Shown: one piece after another, positions 19,165 through 29,434 of the stretch | Layout: each line of letters opens with the position of its first letter | Numbering within the stretch: the first letter of the stretch is position 1 | Assembly: GCA_963820275.1 (NCBI GenBank) | Contig: CAWFZL010000019.1 | Span: forward strand, 522 to 64,521 | DNA length: 64,000 nucleotides | Reading direction: 5' to 3' | From: an uncultured Alphaproteobacteria bacterium | GTDB taxonomy: Bacteria > Pseudomonadota > Alphaproteobacteria > Rhizobiales > Xanthobacteraceae | Made by a program: the position numbers and the translations under genes | Notes under the pieces: model-generated | What the model saw: the letters and a program-made list of their open reading frames with translations, nothing else | Database searches by the model: none | What the model was told of the DNA's origin: nothing

Positions 19165-19947
19165 TCAATCCTTGAGCGCCGCGAGCAAATCGTCGGGGCG
19201 CTCGGCCATCAACATGTGGCCGGCGCCGGGCAGAATGATCGTGCGGGAATGCGGGATCGCAGTCGCCAGCGCCTTGCCGGCTCGTGCCGGCGTCATCATG
19301 TCCCGCTCGCCAAGGATCAGGGTCGTCGGAGCCGAGATCATCGCCGCCGCCGCTAGCGCGTCCTGGTAGGAATTGCAGGCAGAGAGATCGTTGAAGAGTA
19401 TGCCGCGCTGGCAGCGCCGCAGGACGCTTTGCGCACCGCCATGCATCCAGAGGCCGGGAGCCAGGCTCCCACCCAGCTCGGCGTTGAAACCCAGGCCCCA
19501 GATTGACACCATGTCGATTGCTGCCTGATCGTTGGCTTCCGCTGCCTTAAGGAGATCGGGGCCGACGGTCATGACTGCCGCCGTTCCGATCAGGCTCAGC
19601 GCGGCGACCCGCTGCGGATGTCGCGCTGCTGCATCAAGCGCGATCAACGATCCCATCGAATGGCCGATGAGGTGCGCCCTGTCTATGCCTGCCGCATTGA
19701 GCAGCGCCATGGTCCAGTCGGCCATCTCGCCAATGCTACGCAGCGGCGGTCCTTGTGAGTGTCCGTGGCCGGGCAGGTCCGGGGCAAGCACTGCAAAGCC
19801 GTGGTGAGCAAACCAGCGATCGTGCAGGCCCCAGGCGGTGTGGTCGAAACCCGCGCCGTGCAGGAAGACTATAGCTGGCAATGAGGAGTCAAACTCCTTG
19901 CCGCCGGTCGCAACAAAGGCCTCCCGGCCATTGACTGAAAGTTTCAT
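19165..19947 (-). CDS. alpha/beta hydrolase
   Basis: 260 aa with FLHGAGFDH and the nucleophile elbow GHSMGS. It starts 3 nt downstream of the metY stop, so it is probably co-transcribed. Confidence 0.85.
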   Translation of the reverse strand: MKLSVNGREAFVATGGKEFDSSLPAIVFLHGAGFDHTAWGLHDRWFAHHGFAVLAPDLPGHGHSQGPPLRSIGEMADWTMALLNAAGIDRAHLIGHSMGSLIALDAAARHPQRVAALSLIGTAAVMTVGPDLLKAAEANDQAAIDMVSIWGLGFNAELGGSLAPGLWMHGGAQSVLRRCQRGILFNDLSACNSYQDALAAAAMISAPTTLILGERDMMTPARAGKALATAIPHSRTIILPGAGHMLMAERPDDLLAALKD

Positions 19948-19950
19948 GGA

Positions 19951-21246
19951 CTAAGCCTTCTGCGAGGCGCGCAGCGCCTGACCGAGATCATCGATGATAT
20001 CCTGAACGCCCTCGATGCCGACAGACAGCCGCACCAGTTCCTCGCCGATGCCGGCCGCCGCGAGTTGTTGTGCGTCCATCTGCTGGTGCGTGGTGCTTGC
20101 GGGATGAATGACCAGCGTCTTGGCGTCACCGACATTGGCAAGATGACTGATCAGCCGAAGGGATTCAATGAACTTACGGCCGGCCGCCCGTCCGCCGTTG
20201 ATGCCGAAGCTGACGATGGAGCCGGCGCCGCGTGGCAGTAATTGCTTCGCAAGTTGATGATCCGGGTGACTTTCGAGCGAGGGATGCAGTACCCATTCGA
20301 CCGCCTTGTTGGCTTGCAGAAAATCGAGCACCGCATAGGTGTTTTGCATGTGACGCTCCATCCGGACAGGGAGCGTTTCGATACCCTGAAGCAACTGGAA
20401 TGCGTTTGTCGGCGACAGGCAGGCCCCGAAATCGCGCAAGCCTTCGGTGCGAGCGCGCATGATAAATGCGGCAGGACCGAACTGCTCGTCGAAGATGATG
20501 CCATGGTATCCGGCATAGGGTTCGGTCAGGATCGGGAACTTGCCCGACGAGCGCCAATCGAAACGCCCACCATCGACGATTGCGCCGCCGATAGCGATGC
20601 CGTGGCCGCCCAGCCATTTGGTCGCCGAATGCATGACGAGGTCGGCGCCATACTCGATGGGACGGCTGAGATAGGGCGTTGCGAAGGTGTTGTCGATCAG
20701 GAGCGGGAGACCTGCGTCATGCGCGATCTGCGCGACTTTGGGCATGTCGAGCACTTCGAGGCCGGGATTGCCGATGGTCTCGGCGATCACCAGCCGGGTC
20801 TTCGGCGTAATTGCCGAACGAAAGGCATCGAGATCCCGCGGCTTGACGAAGGTCGTGGTAATGCCGAAGCGGGGCAGGGTGTGCGCAAGGAGGTTGATGG
20901 TGCCGCCATAGAGCGACGCGGACGCGACGATGTGATCGCCGGCGTTAAGTAGCGTCGCGATCGCCAGGTGCATCGCGGCCATTCCGCTCGCGGTACAGAC
21001 CGCGCCAACGCCGCCTTCCAGCGCCGCCAGCCGCTCCTCCAGCACCGCTGTAGTCGGATTCGATATTCGAGTGTAGATATGCCCGGCGCGCTCAAGGTTG
21101 AATAGCGCAGCGGCGTGCTCGGAATCCTCAAAGACATAGGACGTCGTCTGATAGATCGGCACCGCGCGAGCTCGGGTGACTGGGTCCGGGTGTTGCCCGG
21201 CATGCAAACTCAGGGTTTCGAAAGAGGGCGGCTTCGGCGGAGGCAT
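19951..21246 (-). CDS. metY: O-acetylhomoserine sulfhydrylase / aminocarboxypropyltransferase
   Basis: It has the Cys/Met-metabolism PLP fold, a PLP-lysine block ([11 protein letters not shown]) and ETLSLHAGQ near the N-terminus. The start is placed at [12 protein letters not shown] (21246), although the ORF is open to 21306. Confidence 0.85.
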   Translation of the reverse strand: MPPPKPPSFETLSLHAGQHPDPVTRARAVPIYQTTSYVFEDSEHAAALFNLERAGHIYTRISNPTTAVLEERLAALEGGVGAVCTASGMAAMHLAIATLLNAGDHIVASASLYGGTINLLAHTLPRFGITTTFVKPRDLDAFRSAITPKTRLVIAETIGNPGLEVLDMPKVAQIAHDAGLPLLIDNTFATPYLSRPIEYGADLVMHSATKWLGGHGIAIGGAIVDGGRFDWRSSGKFPILTEPYAGYHGIIFDEQFGPAAFIMRARTEGLRDFGACLSPTNAFQLLQGIETLPVRMERHMQNTYAVLDFLQANKAVEWVLHPSLESHPDHQLAKQLLPRGAGSIVSFGINGGRAAGRKFIESLRLISHLANVGDAKTLVIHPASTTHQQMDAQQLAAAGIGEELVRLSVGIEGVQDIIDDLGQALRASQKA

Positions 21247-21472
21247 GCTGAACTCGCAAAAATTAGTGTAAGAACAGAAGGCGAGATTTATCTTCTTTTG
21301 CCACAAAACTGGCCGAGGCGTCAGCCGAATTGAGAATAGAGGCCGCCGGTAGCGTGCTTAGAGCCTGGTAGATCCTCGTCCTAGTGGCTGAAACTTCCTG
21401 CCTGCTGCTGCTTTTGTCCTAAGCATTCATTCCCCAGTTCACCTAGATCAAAGCTCCACTTGACTTCGCGTA

Positions 21473-23776
21473 TTAAGCATTCTCCAGCGCGAATGGCAGC
21501 GACCTCAACCTCTTACCGGTCGCCGCGAAAATTGCGTTGGCGACGGCCGGCGCGATGCCGGGCGTGCCGATCTCGCCGATACCGCCGATCTCCGCGCCGG
21601 AATTGACAATCTCCACGGTGATGTCCGGCGCATTGTCGAGTGTCAGAACGGGATAGCTGTCAAAGTTGGATTGGACCACCTTACCCTTATCGAATTCGAT
21701 TTTGCCGAATAGTGCAGCCGACAGACCAAAATTAATGGCGCTACGCAGCTGTGCGACGACGTTCGGAGGGTCGATGGCGAACCCGCAGTCGACAACAGCG
21801 TGGACGCGCCTAACTCGAACATCCCCACTGGATACCTCGATATCCGCAATTTGGCCAACGAAGGAGTGGAAACATTCCGTCAGCGCAAATCCCCGCCCGA
21901 CTTTGGCGACGCCTTTCCCCGGCGCGAGCGGATTGGCAAGGTCGTAACGGCTCATTCGATCCAGCAGGACCGCGGCGCGCTTCGCGGGTTCGTATTCGCC
22001 GGCCGCGGCCAGCAACCTCGCGCGGTAGTCCAGCGGCCTCGCGCCCGCCGCCGCTGCCAGTTCATCGATAAAGCTCTCGACGAAGAAACAGTTAAGGCTG
22101 TAACCGACCGAGCGCCAGAAACCGACAGGGACTCCGGAATCCACGGTGAAATTCTCAATGCTGCGATTGGGCAGATCGTAGAAGGGAAAGAGCGCACCGT
22201 CGACCGTCGAGCGATCGGCCATGAGCCCGCCCTTCGCGGAGGGCAGCGCACGCGCCACGAACTGGTCGGTCACTGATGGAACCGCGATGCGATACATAAA
22301 ACTCGTCGGTTGGCCCTTCGCGTCGAGCGTCGCCGAGACATCGGCCATGGCGCCGGGACGAAAAACGTCATCACGAATGTCCTCGGCGCGCGACCAGATC
22401 GTCTGGACCGGCGTTCCCCTGAATTTCTTCGCGATCTCTACCGCTTTGACGACATAGCCGAGATCGGCCCGCCGCCCGAAGCCTCCGCCGAGATAGGGGG
22501 TGAACACTTCGACCGCGTCGCTGGACAGGCCAGCTGCGCCGGCGGCAAGCAACTTGACGAGAGAAGTCGATTGATGGCCAGCCCAGACCTTGGCGCTCGT
22601 TTCGGTCACGAACGCCGTAGCGTTAATCGGCTCCATCGTCGCATGGGCGAGGAAAGGCGCGTCATAAGTCGCCTTCACGGTCCTGCCCGAGGCCTTATCG
22701 ATTTCTCCCGCCGCATCGATCACCCATCGGGGCTTGTAGCCAGCGCCCTCATCGAGCGCGGCGCGGTAGGAAGCAAATACATCCTTGGTCGAGAGATTTA
22801 GGCCTTTCGACTCGTCCCATACGATGTCTACTTTCTCGATCGCCACTGATGCAAGCGCATAGGAATCGGCGACGACAGCAACATAATCCCTGCCTTCTAC
22901 CACGCCGTGTACGCCAGGGATTTTCGTAGCCAGAGATGCGCGGGCGAGGGAGCCCCCAATACGAGGCGAATGGCGTATCGCAGCAAAGAGCTGTCCCTTC
23001 TCACGCGTATCAATGCCGAAGCGGGCCAGACCATGAACCTTTGGTGGGACATCGAAGCGGGGGGCGCCCTTGCCGACATATACGCCAGCCGCCAACGGTG
23101 GAACAGTGATCTCGCGCGGTTCGAGCTTGGCAGCCTCAGCGGCGAGTTCGCTATAGGTTGCGCTCCTGCCGTCGGGAGCGACGATCGTACCTCCGGCGAT
23201 CTTCAATTTGTCCGCTGGCGTGTTGAACCGGTCGGCCCCGGCACGTATCAGCAGATCGAGAGCAGAAGCAGCCGCGGCACGGATGGGTTCGGTTATGTTG
23301 CGTGTGGAGGTCGAACCACCCGTGCCCTGAAGCCCAAGCACGCGCAATATCTTATCGAAAGTCCAAAGGGTCGCCCGCTGCAATTGACTAGCGTTGGCGC
23401 TATCGAGCGGCAGACCGTCGAGCAGCATGACTGGATTGGCGTATCGCGCATGGACCGGCGCCGGCACGGGAAGAACAGCCTCCGGCGACAGGCGCAATCC
23501 CTCGGCTGCAAGCAAGGCAGCCAGCGCATAAATTCCTTGCCCCATGTCCTGATGCGGGACGACGACTTCAACCATGCCGTCCCTGGTAAGCTTGAGCCAT
23601 GCGCCGAAACTGGTCTCGCCCTCGCCAGCCGGCAATCTGTAGCTGTCGATGCTCCTGAGGCGCACAGCGATCGCGCCGGCGCCGACGAGAAGTCCGCCGC
23701 CAACGACGCCGGCCGCGACGATAAACGTGCGGCGGGCGATCTTTCCCGCGCGCGAAGGTTTTCTGTCGGCGATCAT
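21473..23776 (-). CDS. molybdopterin-binding subunit of a xanthine-dehydrogenase-family oxidoreductase (IorB/aldehyde oxidase-like)
   Basis: 767 aa with a twin-arginine signal (ARRTFIVAAGVVGGG). The body matches the large subunit of membrane-associated two- or three-subunit molybdo-hydroxylases. Confidence 0.85.
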   Translation of the reverse strand: MIADRKPSRAGKIARRTFIVAAGVVGGGLLVGAGAIAVRLRSIDSYRLPAGEGETSFGAWLKLTRDGMVEVVVPHQDMGQGIYALAALLAAEGLRLSPEAVLPVPAPVHARYANPVMLLDGLPLDSANASQLQRATLWTFDKILRVLGLQGTGGSTSTRNITEPIRAAAASALDLLIRAGADRFNTPADKLKIAGGTIVAPDGRSATYSELAAEAAKLEPREITVPPLAAGVYVGKGAPRFDVPPKVHGLARFGIDTREKGQLFAAIRHSPRIGGSLARASLATKIPGVHGVVEGRDYVAVVADSYALASVAIEKVDIVWDESKGLNLSTKDVFASYRAALDEGAGYKPRWVIDAAGEIDKASGRTVKATYDAPFLAHATMEPINATAFVTETSAKVWAGHQSTSLVKLLAAGAAGLSSDAVEVFTPYLGGGFGRRADLGYVVKAVEIAKKFRGTPVQTIWSRAEDIRDDVFRPGAMADVSATLDAKGQPTSFMYRIAVPSVTDQFVARALPSAKGGLMADRSTVDGALFPFYDLPNRSIENFTVDSGVPVGFWRSVGYSLNCFFVESFIDELAAAAGARPLDYRARLLAAAGEYEPAKRAAVLLDRMSRYDLANPLAPGKGVAKVGRGFALTECFHSFVGQIADIEVSSGDVRVRRVHAVVDCGFAIDPPNVVAQLRSAINFGLSAALFGKIEFDKGKVVQSNFDSYPVLTLDNAPDITVEIVNSGAEIGGIGEIGTPGIAPAVANAIFAATGKRLRSLPFALENA

Positions 23777-24264
23777 CGTGCGCCCCCCTCACTCTGTGGG
23801 GCCATCCGGCCGTTGAGGCTGTCGAGCGCGTAGCCTACCGCAAGTCGTATCGCATCATAGGCACCGCAGCGGCAGATATTGGTGAGTTGCGACAAGACTT
23901 GTTCGCGCGACTGTTTTGGATCAGCAGAAATGACGGCGGTCGCCGCCATCACGAAGCCCGGCTGGCAATAACCACATTGCGGCGCCTGCGCCTTGATCCA
24001 GGCTTGCGTCACTGCTGTGGGAACGTCTCCAGCCAGTCCCTCGATCGTCTGCACGGTCTTGCCTGAGACATCTGCCAGCCTCGTCAGGCAAGACCGCGTC
24101 TGCTGACCGTCAATGATCACCGTACATGCGCCGCAAATGCCGGCGCCGCATCCGAACTTGATACCGACGAGATTCTTTTCTTCTCGCAATGCCCAGAGGA
24201 GTGGTGCTTCGGGAGAACTGTCCATCGAGATCGGATGGTCGTTTAGGGTGAGGTTGATGCTCAT
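23773..24264 (-). CDS. (2Fe-2S)-binding small subunit of the molybdo-hydroxylase
   Basis: 163 aa counted from MSINLTLND. Cys clusters are CGAGICGACTV and CGYCQPG...CRCGAY. Its stop overlaps the large-subunit start (ATGA). Confidence 0.9.
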   Translation of the reverse strand: MSINLTLNDHPISMDSSPEAPLLWALREEKNLVGIKFGCGAGICGACTVIIDGQQTRSCLTRLADVSGKTVQTIEGLAGDVPTAVTQAWIKAQAPQCGYCQPGFVMAATAVISADPKQSREQVLSQLTNICRCGAYDAIRLAVGYALDSLNGRMAPQSEGGAR

Positions 24265-24429
24265 GCTGCATTCTCCAGAGATCACGACGGCGCAACTCAA
24301 AGGCCGCGCCGCTTGCTTTAAGCCGAACAGTTTTCCGGGCAGGGACTGTTCTGTGCCCATTTTGCCCCGACCGACGTTTTCTTTAGCAAGCTGTGACCGC
24401 GTAAAGAAGGAAATTAAGTAATCACTCGC

Positions 24430-25570
24430 TCAGTCCGGTATTGATGTGGTGGACGGCGCCCGCTCCCGGCATCGAAGTGCCATAGGGTGGTTCGTCGGAG
24501 ACGAATCACGTCAGGGGAGCCGTCCACATGCAAATTACCACGATCGGTTTGGATATCGCCAAGAACGTGTTCCAGGTTCACGGCATTGGCGCGGCTGAGA
24601 AGGTCATCGTCAGAAAGCAGCTTCGCCGCGGGCAAGTTATGGCGTTCTTCGAAGCTCTGGCGCCGTGCCTGATCGGTATGGAGGCCTGTGCCACGTCGCA
24701 CCATTGGGCGCGCGAGTTGACGAAGCTGGGCCACCAGGTTCGTCTGATGCCAGCGAAGGATGTGAGGGCCTACGTCAAGCGCAATAAGAACGATGCCGCC
24801 GACGCGGAGGCAATCTGTGAGGCGGTGCGGCGCCCAACCATGCGTTTCGTACGGATTAAGTCGGCCGAGCAGCAGGGCCAGTTGATGCTGCATCGAGCAC
24901 GCGATCTGCTGATGCGCCAACGCACCCAGGTGATAAATGCATTACGGGCGCATTTGGCCGAGTTCGGCAGCGGTCGTCCCGGATCCGAGGGTTTTTCGAT
25001 CGGGCCGTGATTTTGCGGCCTGGATCGGGATCGTGCCGCGGCAAGATTCCACCGGCGGCAAACAGAAGCTCGGGCCGATCTCGAAACAGGGTGACCAATA
25101 CCTCAGGCGCATTCTAATTGTCGGAGCCCATGCTGTCTTGCGGCGCGCGCGCCAGCAGCCGGAGAAGTATCCCTGGCTCACTCAGCTTCTCGCTCGGCGA
25201 CCGTTCAAGGTCGTCGCGGTCGCGCTTGCCAACAAGATGGCGCGGATCGCCTGGGCGTTGCTGGCCAAAGGCGGAACCTACCGGGCGCCCCAACTCGTGG
25301 CAGCCTGACAAGGAGCTCGGCAATGGGAGGATGAGGTTGCGTTTGAGCGTTCACGAACTGCAGGGGTGATGACGACATTGATGCGAAACGGTCGAGACCG
25401 TCGATTGGGAAAACCCGTAAAGTGCCACGCGAGGAAAGAACGCGTGTTTTTGGTTGGGACCCGATCAGCGGATCACATCAGGGCCAGCGGCCAAAGTGGC
25501 TGCATTCAAAGGCCGGATACATGGCTGCACCCGAACGCTTCGCTGATACGTCAGATTCCTCTTGCAACGC
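24430..25570 (+). mobile_element. IS110-family element remnant (boundaries approximate)
   Basis: It contains the broken IS110 transposase gene. IS110 elements lack clear inverted repeats, so the ends are estimated only from the extent of non-genic flanks. Confidence 0.5.
24528..25308 (+). pseudogene. IS110-family transposase with an internal deletion and frame change
   Basis: The N-terminal DEDD domain is intact (MQITTIGLDIAKNVFQVHG...RAHLAEFG) up to about 24966. The sequence then jumps into another frame at VPDPRVFRSGRDFAAWIGIVPRQ...LANKMARIAWALL. The central ~90-100 aa usual in this family are missing. Confidence 0.8.
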
Positions 25571-25579
25571 GGGCGTCGT

Positions 25580-25682
25580 CCATACATGGCACTTTGAGAT
25601 ATGTCGGTGGCCGTCTCGAATGTCCGCATGTCGAGGAAAACCGGAAGTGGACGGCGCGCGGTCAAAATGACGCGATTGACCC
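25580..25682 (+). repeat. dispersed ~110-bp repeat, degenerate copy D
   Basis: It shares the block order of copies A-C (xxTGGCAC, ATGTCCG, GGAxxTGGAC, AAAATGAC...TGACCC). Confidence 0.45.
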
Positions 25683-25769
25683 GACATTTTTGTCGCGAGA
25701 AGCGGGGGCCTCGCAAGCGCGAACGCGCTGCTTGCGAGGCTAATGGTTTCGAAGTCTAGATGATCTAAA

Positions 25770-26051
25770 TCAGGCCACAGCCTCGGCCGCGGTCGGATCA
25801 ATTACCGAGCGTACCCTGGCGATGTTGTTGGCGGGAAAGCCGCCTTTCTGTGCATGCGTCCGCACCGACGCCTCATCGGGCGCGACGTAAACGCAATAGA
25901 TCTTGTCATCGGTCACAAAACTTTGGACCCACTGGATTTGGGGGCCCATGCTGTGCAACACGCTACATGACTTCTGTGAAATCGCCTGCAGTTCCTCCCT
26001 GGGCAACTTGCCGGCACCTGCGAGATCACGCTCGATTACGAATTAGGGCAT
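25770..26051 (-). pseudogene. DUF4242-like small protein with a stop at codon 3
   Basis: GGAGAGG followed by ATG at 26051 opens M-P-TAA(26045-26043). The same frame then continues as FVIERDLAGAGKLPREELQAISQKSCSVL...YCVYVAPDEASVRTHAQKGGFPAN. The tracked ORF only begins at an internal TTG (26006). Confidence 0.6.
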
Positions 26052-26276
26052 AATCCTCTCCACCCGTTGACGAGGGCGCAACTTGCGCTCTCGCGTGCAG
26101 AATGAGGATCGAGAGCTGTTCTGTCGTGGGGCGAAGGTCCTAGCCAGACAAACTCATTTCTCAGAAAACCAGGGACCGCTGTCCGATGCGCACGCGAACG
26201 GTCCCGCGGAATTCGCTTTGCGCCCCACTCCGATAGATAGGCGTTCTCAGCCGCAACCGAACGGCGGCCACTTTGC

Positions 26277-26528
26277 TCACGAACGCTTAAGGTACAGAAA
26301 GACCGCCCCGTGGGTGCCTTGCTCGCGCTTGCGTTCGATCTCGCCGTAGCGCACCAGACGATCGAGCCGCGCGCGGACCTTGCGAGCCTCGGGGGAGCGG
26401 ATCAACCGCGCGACCGCTGTGCTGGATAACCACACCCCGGCCGGCATCTTCTCGATTATCTTGGCCTCGGTCTTGCGCGCCCTCATGCGCTGTGGATCGT
26501 TGTCGGAGCGGTCGGTCAATTTGCGCAA
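26277..26528 (-). CDS. hypothetical small basic protein (possible winged-helix)
   Basis: 83 aa with coding-like third-position GC. It is Arg/Lys-rich with the end LVRYGEIERKREQGTHGAVFLY. No family recognised. Confidence 0.45.
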   Translation of the reverse strand: MRKLTDRSDNDPQRMRARKTEAKIIEKMPAGVWLSSTAVARLIRSPEARKVRARLDRLVRYGEIERKREQGTHGAVFLYLKRS

Positions 26529-27431
26529 TGCTCAGGTCGTGCAAAAAATAGGCGTTGAAGCCACAGGGTAATGTTTGATCGAAAACGAGAATTAGGTCTT
26601 TGAAATTGCTTCGTGCTTAAACGCTCTGCTCGGCCGCGCAACTGAATCCGTTGGTTAGGCTTGCCGGTTAAGCTTTATGTCCGTGCTGCGGGTTAATGGA
26701 TTGCCGTTTGTGGTAGCCGCAAAAATTTCTCCCACAATTTTCTGAGCCAGAATTCGAGAAGATTTCTCATCGATCTGTGAGACCCAATGATAAGGCGTCG
26801 CCTCAATTCGAAACAGACAAGGAGGACGCGGCATTCCATATGCGCGGGCACCGGCAGCGCGGCCAAAGGCGGCGAAGCAAGGATTGAGTGGGATACTGAC
26901 TAGGGTAGGTCGGATCTCGCGCGCGAATGGAAGGCGAAATCCCCAAATTGACGATTCGTTCAATCGTTACCCATCGCAGCCTGCCCGTGAACGCGCGGCA
27001 TGGCGCCTACGCCATCACTGCATCACCCTCCCGCGCCATTCCAGCCAGGGGATGATATCGTCGTCAATGCAGTGGATAAGTGGATCATGGAGGCCAAGTG
27101 CAGGTCGCTCGGCTTGGCGTTGCCGCCGCAGACGATGATCTCGCATTCATTAAGATCGATCATGCGAAAGCCAGCACCACCGCGGCGCTCGCGGAGATGA
27201 CCAACCGTTTCCTCTCGGTGGAAGCGCTGGTGGAGGTCCGAGGCACGAAAAAAAGGAATCCTTTATGAGCATGCTGCCTAAGTCAGCCTCTCTCCGAGCC
27301 GGGCAGCAACGGATAGCCCGTTAACGCTGGCCGGTGCGATAATCCCCGTTTTGATGCCTGGTTGCGGCGCAAGGTTGCCATTTGATCCCAGCGGGAGGAT
27401 GCTTTGGGCTATCGTCATAACGGAGAGCACC

Positions 27432-27674
27432 ATGAGCAAGGCAGGTCTCGACAATCGCCACCGCAACCACGACGGCGAAATCAGCCGCAAGCACGGAAAC
27501 ACTCTCATCGGCACGTTGCGTAGGATTTACGGACAGGGTTTCGCAGCCGGTTACCCCCAAACCGAACAACTGAGCGAGGTTCTTCATCAACTGAACGAAA
27601 CGTCACTGAGCCAGCTCCGCCGCGATCATGAGACCGGGCACTTGGAGCACAAGATCGCCAAGGCGTCGAAGTAG
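27432..27674 (+). CDS. hypothetical small protein
   Basis: 80 aa counted from ATG 27432 (GGAGAG upstream): MSKAGLDNRHRNHDGEISRKHGNTLIGTLRRIYG... No family recognised. Confidence 0.5.
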   Translation: MSKAGLDNRHRNHDGEISRKHGNTLIGTLRRIYGQGFAAGYPQTEQLSEVLHQLNETSLSQLRRDHETGHLEHKIAKASK

Positions 27675-28058
27675 GACGGGATCAGCATGACAAAGACCCG
27701 TGTGGCATCGAGAGGAGCAGGAGCCAACGGCAGAAAAATCTATCCCGCGCCGTTTCAGGAATATGCGAGGGGCGCATAGCCTGAAGACGGCAGTCCAGAA
27801 GCCATCCCCGGCTCGCCGTTCCGTAAGTCTTCAAAGCAGTTGCACCGGCAATAAGCTTTGACTCAATTCGATCGTGGGCATTTTCCAAGTCCGTAGGTCG
27901 TCAATCAGAATGCCCGCGATCGTGCCGGCCCGCTGTTGAGGAATAATGTGCAATTAGGTCAGTAAAGGTGCCTCGATGGGGCCAGACTGATGCCAAAGTT
28001 ATTGGCGCGATTTGAGAGTTCGGTTGGTGCCAGCACGCTGCAACTAGGTTGACGAAGC

Positions 28059-29273
28059 ATGAAACCACCGGTCAGCGATTTAATCGCGATGGAAGCCCGC
28101 CTTGGTGCCCAAAACTACGAGCCTCTCGGCGTCGTTCTGTCGCGCGGCAAAGGCGTCTGGGTGTGGGATACGCAAGGCAACCGTTATCTCGACTGCCTCT
28201 CCGCCTATTCAGCCGTAAATCAAGGCCACTGCCATCCGAAGATTCTGGCCGCTATGATTGAACAGGCGGGTAAGCTGACGTTGACCTCCCGCGCCTTTCA
28301 CAACGACCAACTTGCCCCCTTCTACGAACAGATCGCAGAGCTAACCGGCTCTCACAAGGTGCTGCCAATGAACAGCGGTGCCGAGGCGGTGGAGAGCGCG
28401 ATCAAGTCCCTGCGCAAATGGGGCTACGAGGTGAAGGGTGTGCCGGATGGGCAAGCCGAGATCATCGTCTGCGCCGACAACTTCCACGGACGCACCCTCG
28501 GTATCATCGGTTTCAGCACCGACGCGGCTTCACGTGAGCATTTTGGCCCCTTCGCGCCGGGATTCAGGATCATCCCCTTCGGCAACGCCAAGGCGCTGGA
28601 GGAGGCAATCACGCCGAACACAGTCGGCTTCCTGGTTGAGCCAATCCAGGGTGAAGCCGGCGTTATTATTCCGCCCCCCGGCTATTTCACAAAGGTGCGC
28701 GAGATCTGCACTGCGCACGACGTGATGCTGATCCTCGACGAGATCCAAACCGGGCTCGGCCGCACCGGTAAGCTGCTCGCGGAACAGCACGATGGCATCG
28801 AGGCCGATGTGACGCTACTGGGCAAAGCGTTGTCCGGCGGCTTTTACCCGGTGTCGGCCGTTCTTTCGAACAACGCAGTGCTCGGCACCCTGAAACCTGG
28901 CCAGCACGGATCGACCTTCGGCGGCAACCCGCTCGCCTGTGCTGTGGCGCGGGCGGCCCTGCGCGTGCTTGTGGAGGAAGGGATGATCGAGAACGCGGCC
29001 GTCCAAGGCGCGCGTTTTCTCGAAGGGCTAAGAAGCATCCGCGCCAATACGATCCGTGAGGTGCGCGGCCGGGGGCTGATGCTAGCAGTCGAGCTTCATC
29101 CGGAAGCAGGAGATGCACGTCGCTATTGTGAGGCGTTGCAGAAAAGAGGCCTCCTTGCGAAGGACACTCATCAACACACGATCCGTATCGCCCCGCCACT
29201 CGTGATCACCAGCGATCAGGTTGACTGGGCCCTGGAGGAGATCGGAGCCACTCTGAAGCAGGAGTTCTTGTGA
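28059..29273 (+). CDS. rocD: ornithine--oxo-acid aminotransferase
   Basis: 404 aa class III aminotransferase. Its OAT-type N-terminus is [45 protein letters not shown]. Other blocks are [11 protein letters not shown] and LLGKALSGG. Confidence 0.85.
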   Translation: MKPPVSDLIAMEARLGAQNYEPLGVVLSRGKGVWVWDTQGNRYLDCLSAYSAVNQGHCHPKILAAMIEQAGKLTLTSRAFHNDQLAPFYEQIAELTGSHKVLPMNSGAEAVESAIKSLRKWGYEVKGVPDGQAEIIVCADNFHGRTLGIIGFSTDAASREHFGPFAPGFRIIPFGNAKALEEAITPNTVGFLVEPIQGEAGVIIPPPGYFTKVREICTAHDVMLILDEIQTGLGRTGKLLAEQHDGIEADVTLLGKALSGGFYPVSAVLSNNAVLGTLKPGQHGSTFGGNPLACAVARAALRVLVEEGMIENAAVQGARFLEGLRSIRANTIREVRGRGLMLAVELHPEAGDARRYCEALQKRGLLAKDTHQHTIRIAPPLVITSDQVDWALEEIGATLKQEFL

Positions 29274-29434
29274 TGGTTATGGTCGGCGATTAAGCGAGGT
29301 CTGCTGGATCGCGCACCCGAAGCCGGCGCATCGGTGTCGCGCCGGCGCCGGAAGGGCACTTGCTGTGGACCCACATTTGTGAGGATGATACCGAGCAAGA
29401 ATTGGTGTTGTCCGTCATTCGATGGAGATCCGCT

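Noticed and set aside
21247-21472. Possible SAM riboswitch in the ~225-nt region upstream of metY.
   Set aside because: I could not find the conserved AAAGCU-type pseudoknot core of SAM-II/SAM-V or any other riboswitch signature by eye. A covariance-model scan would be needed, so I make no call.
26655-27268. Several 60-100-aa ORFs on both strands (26655..26963 -, 26884..27138 +, 27080..27268 +), plus an unlisted minus-strand frame reading ...IDLNECEIIVCGGNAKPSDLHL...
   Set aside because: They overlap one another, carry no motifs I recognise, and have weak or no RBS. They may be debris of a decayed gene, but nothing supports a call.
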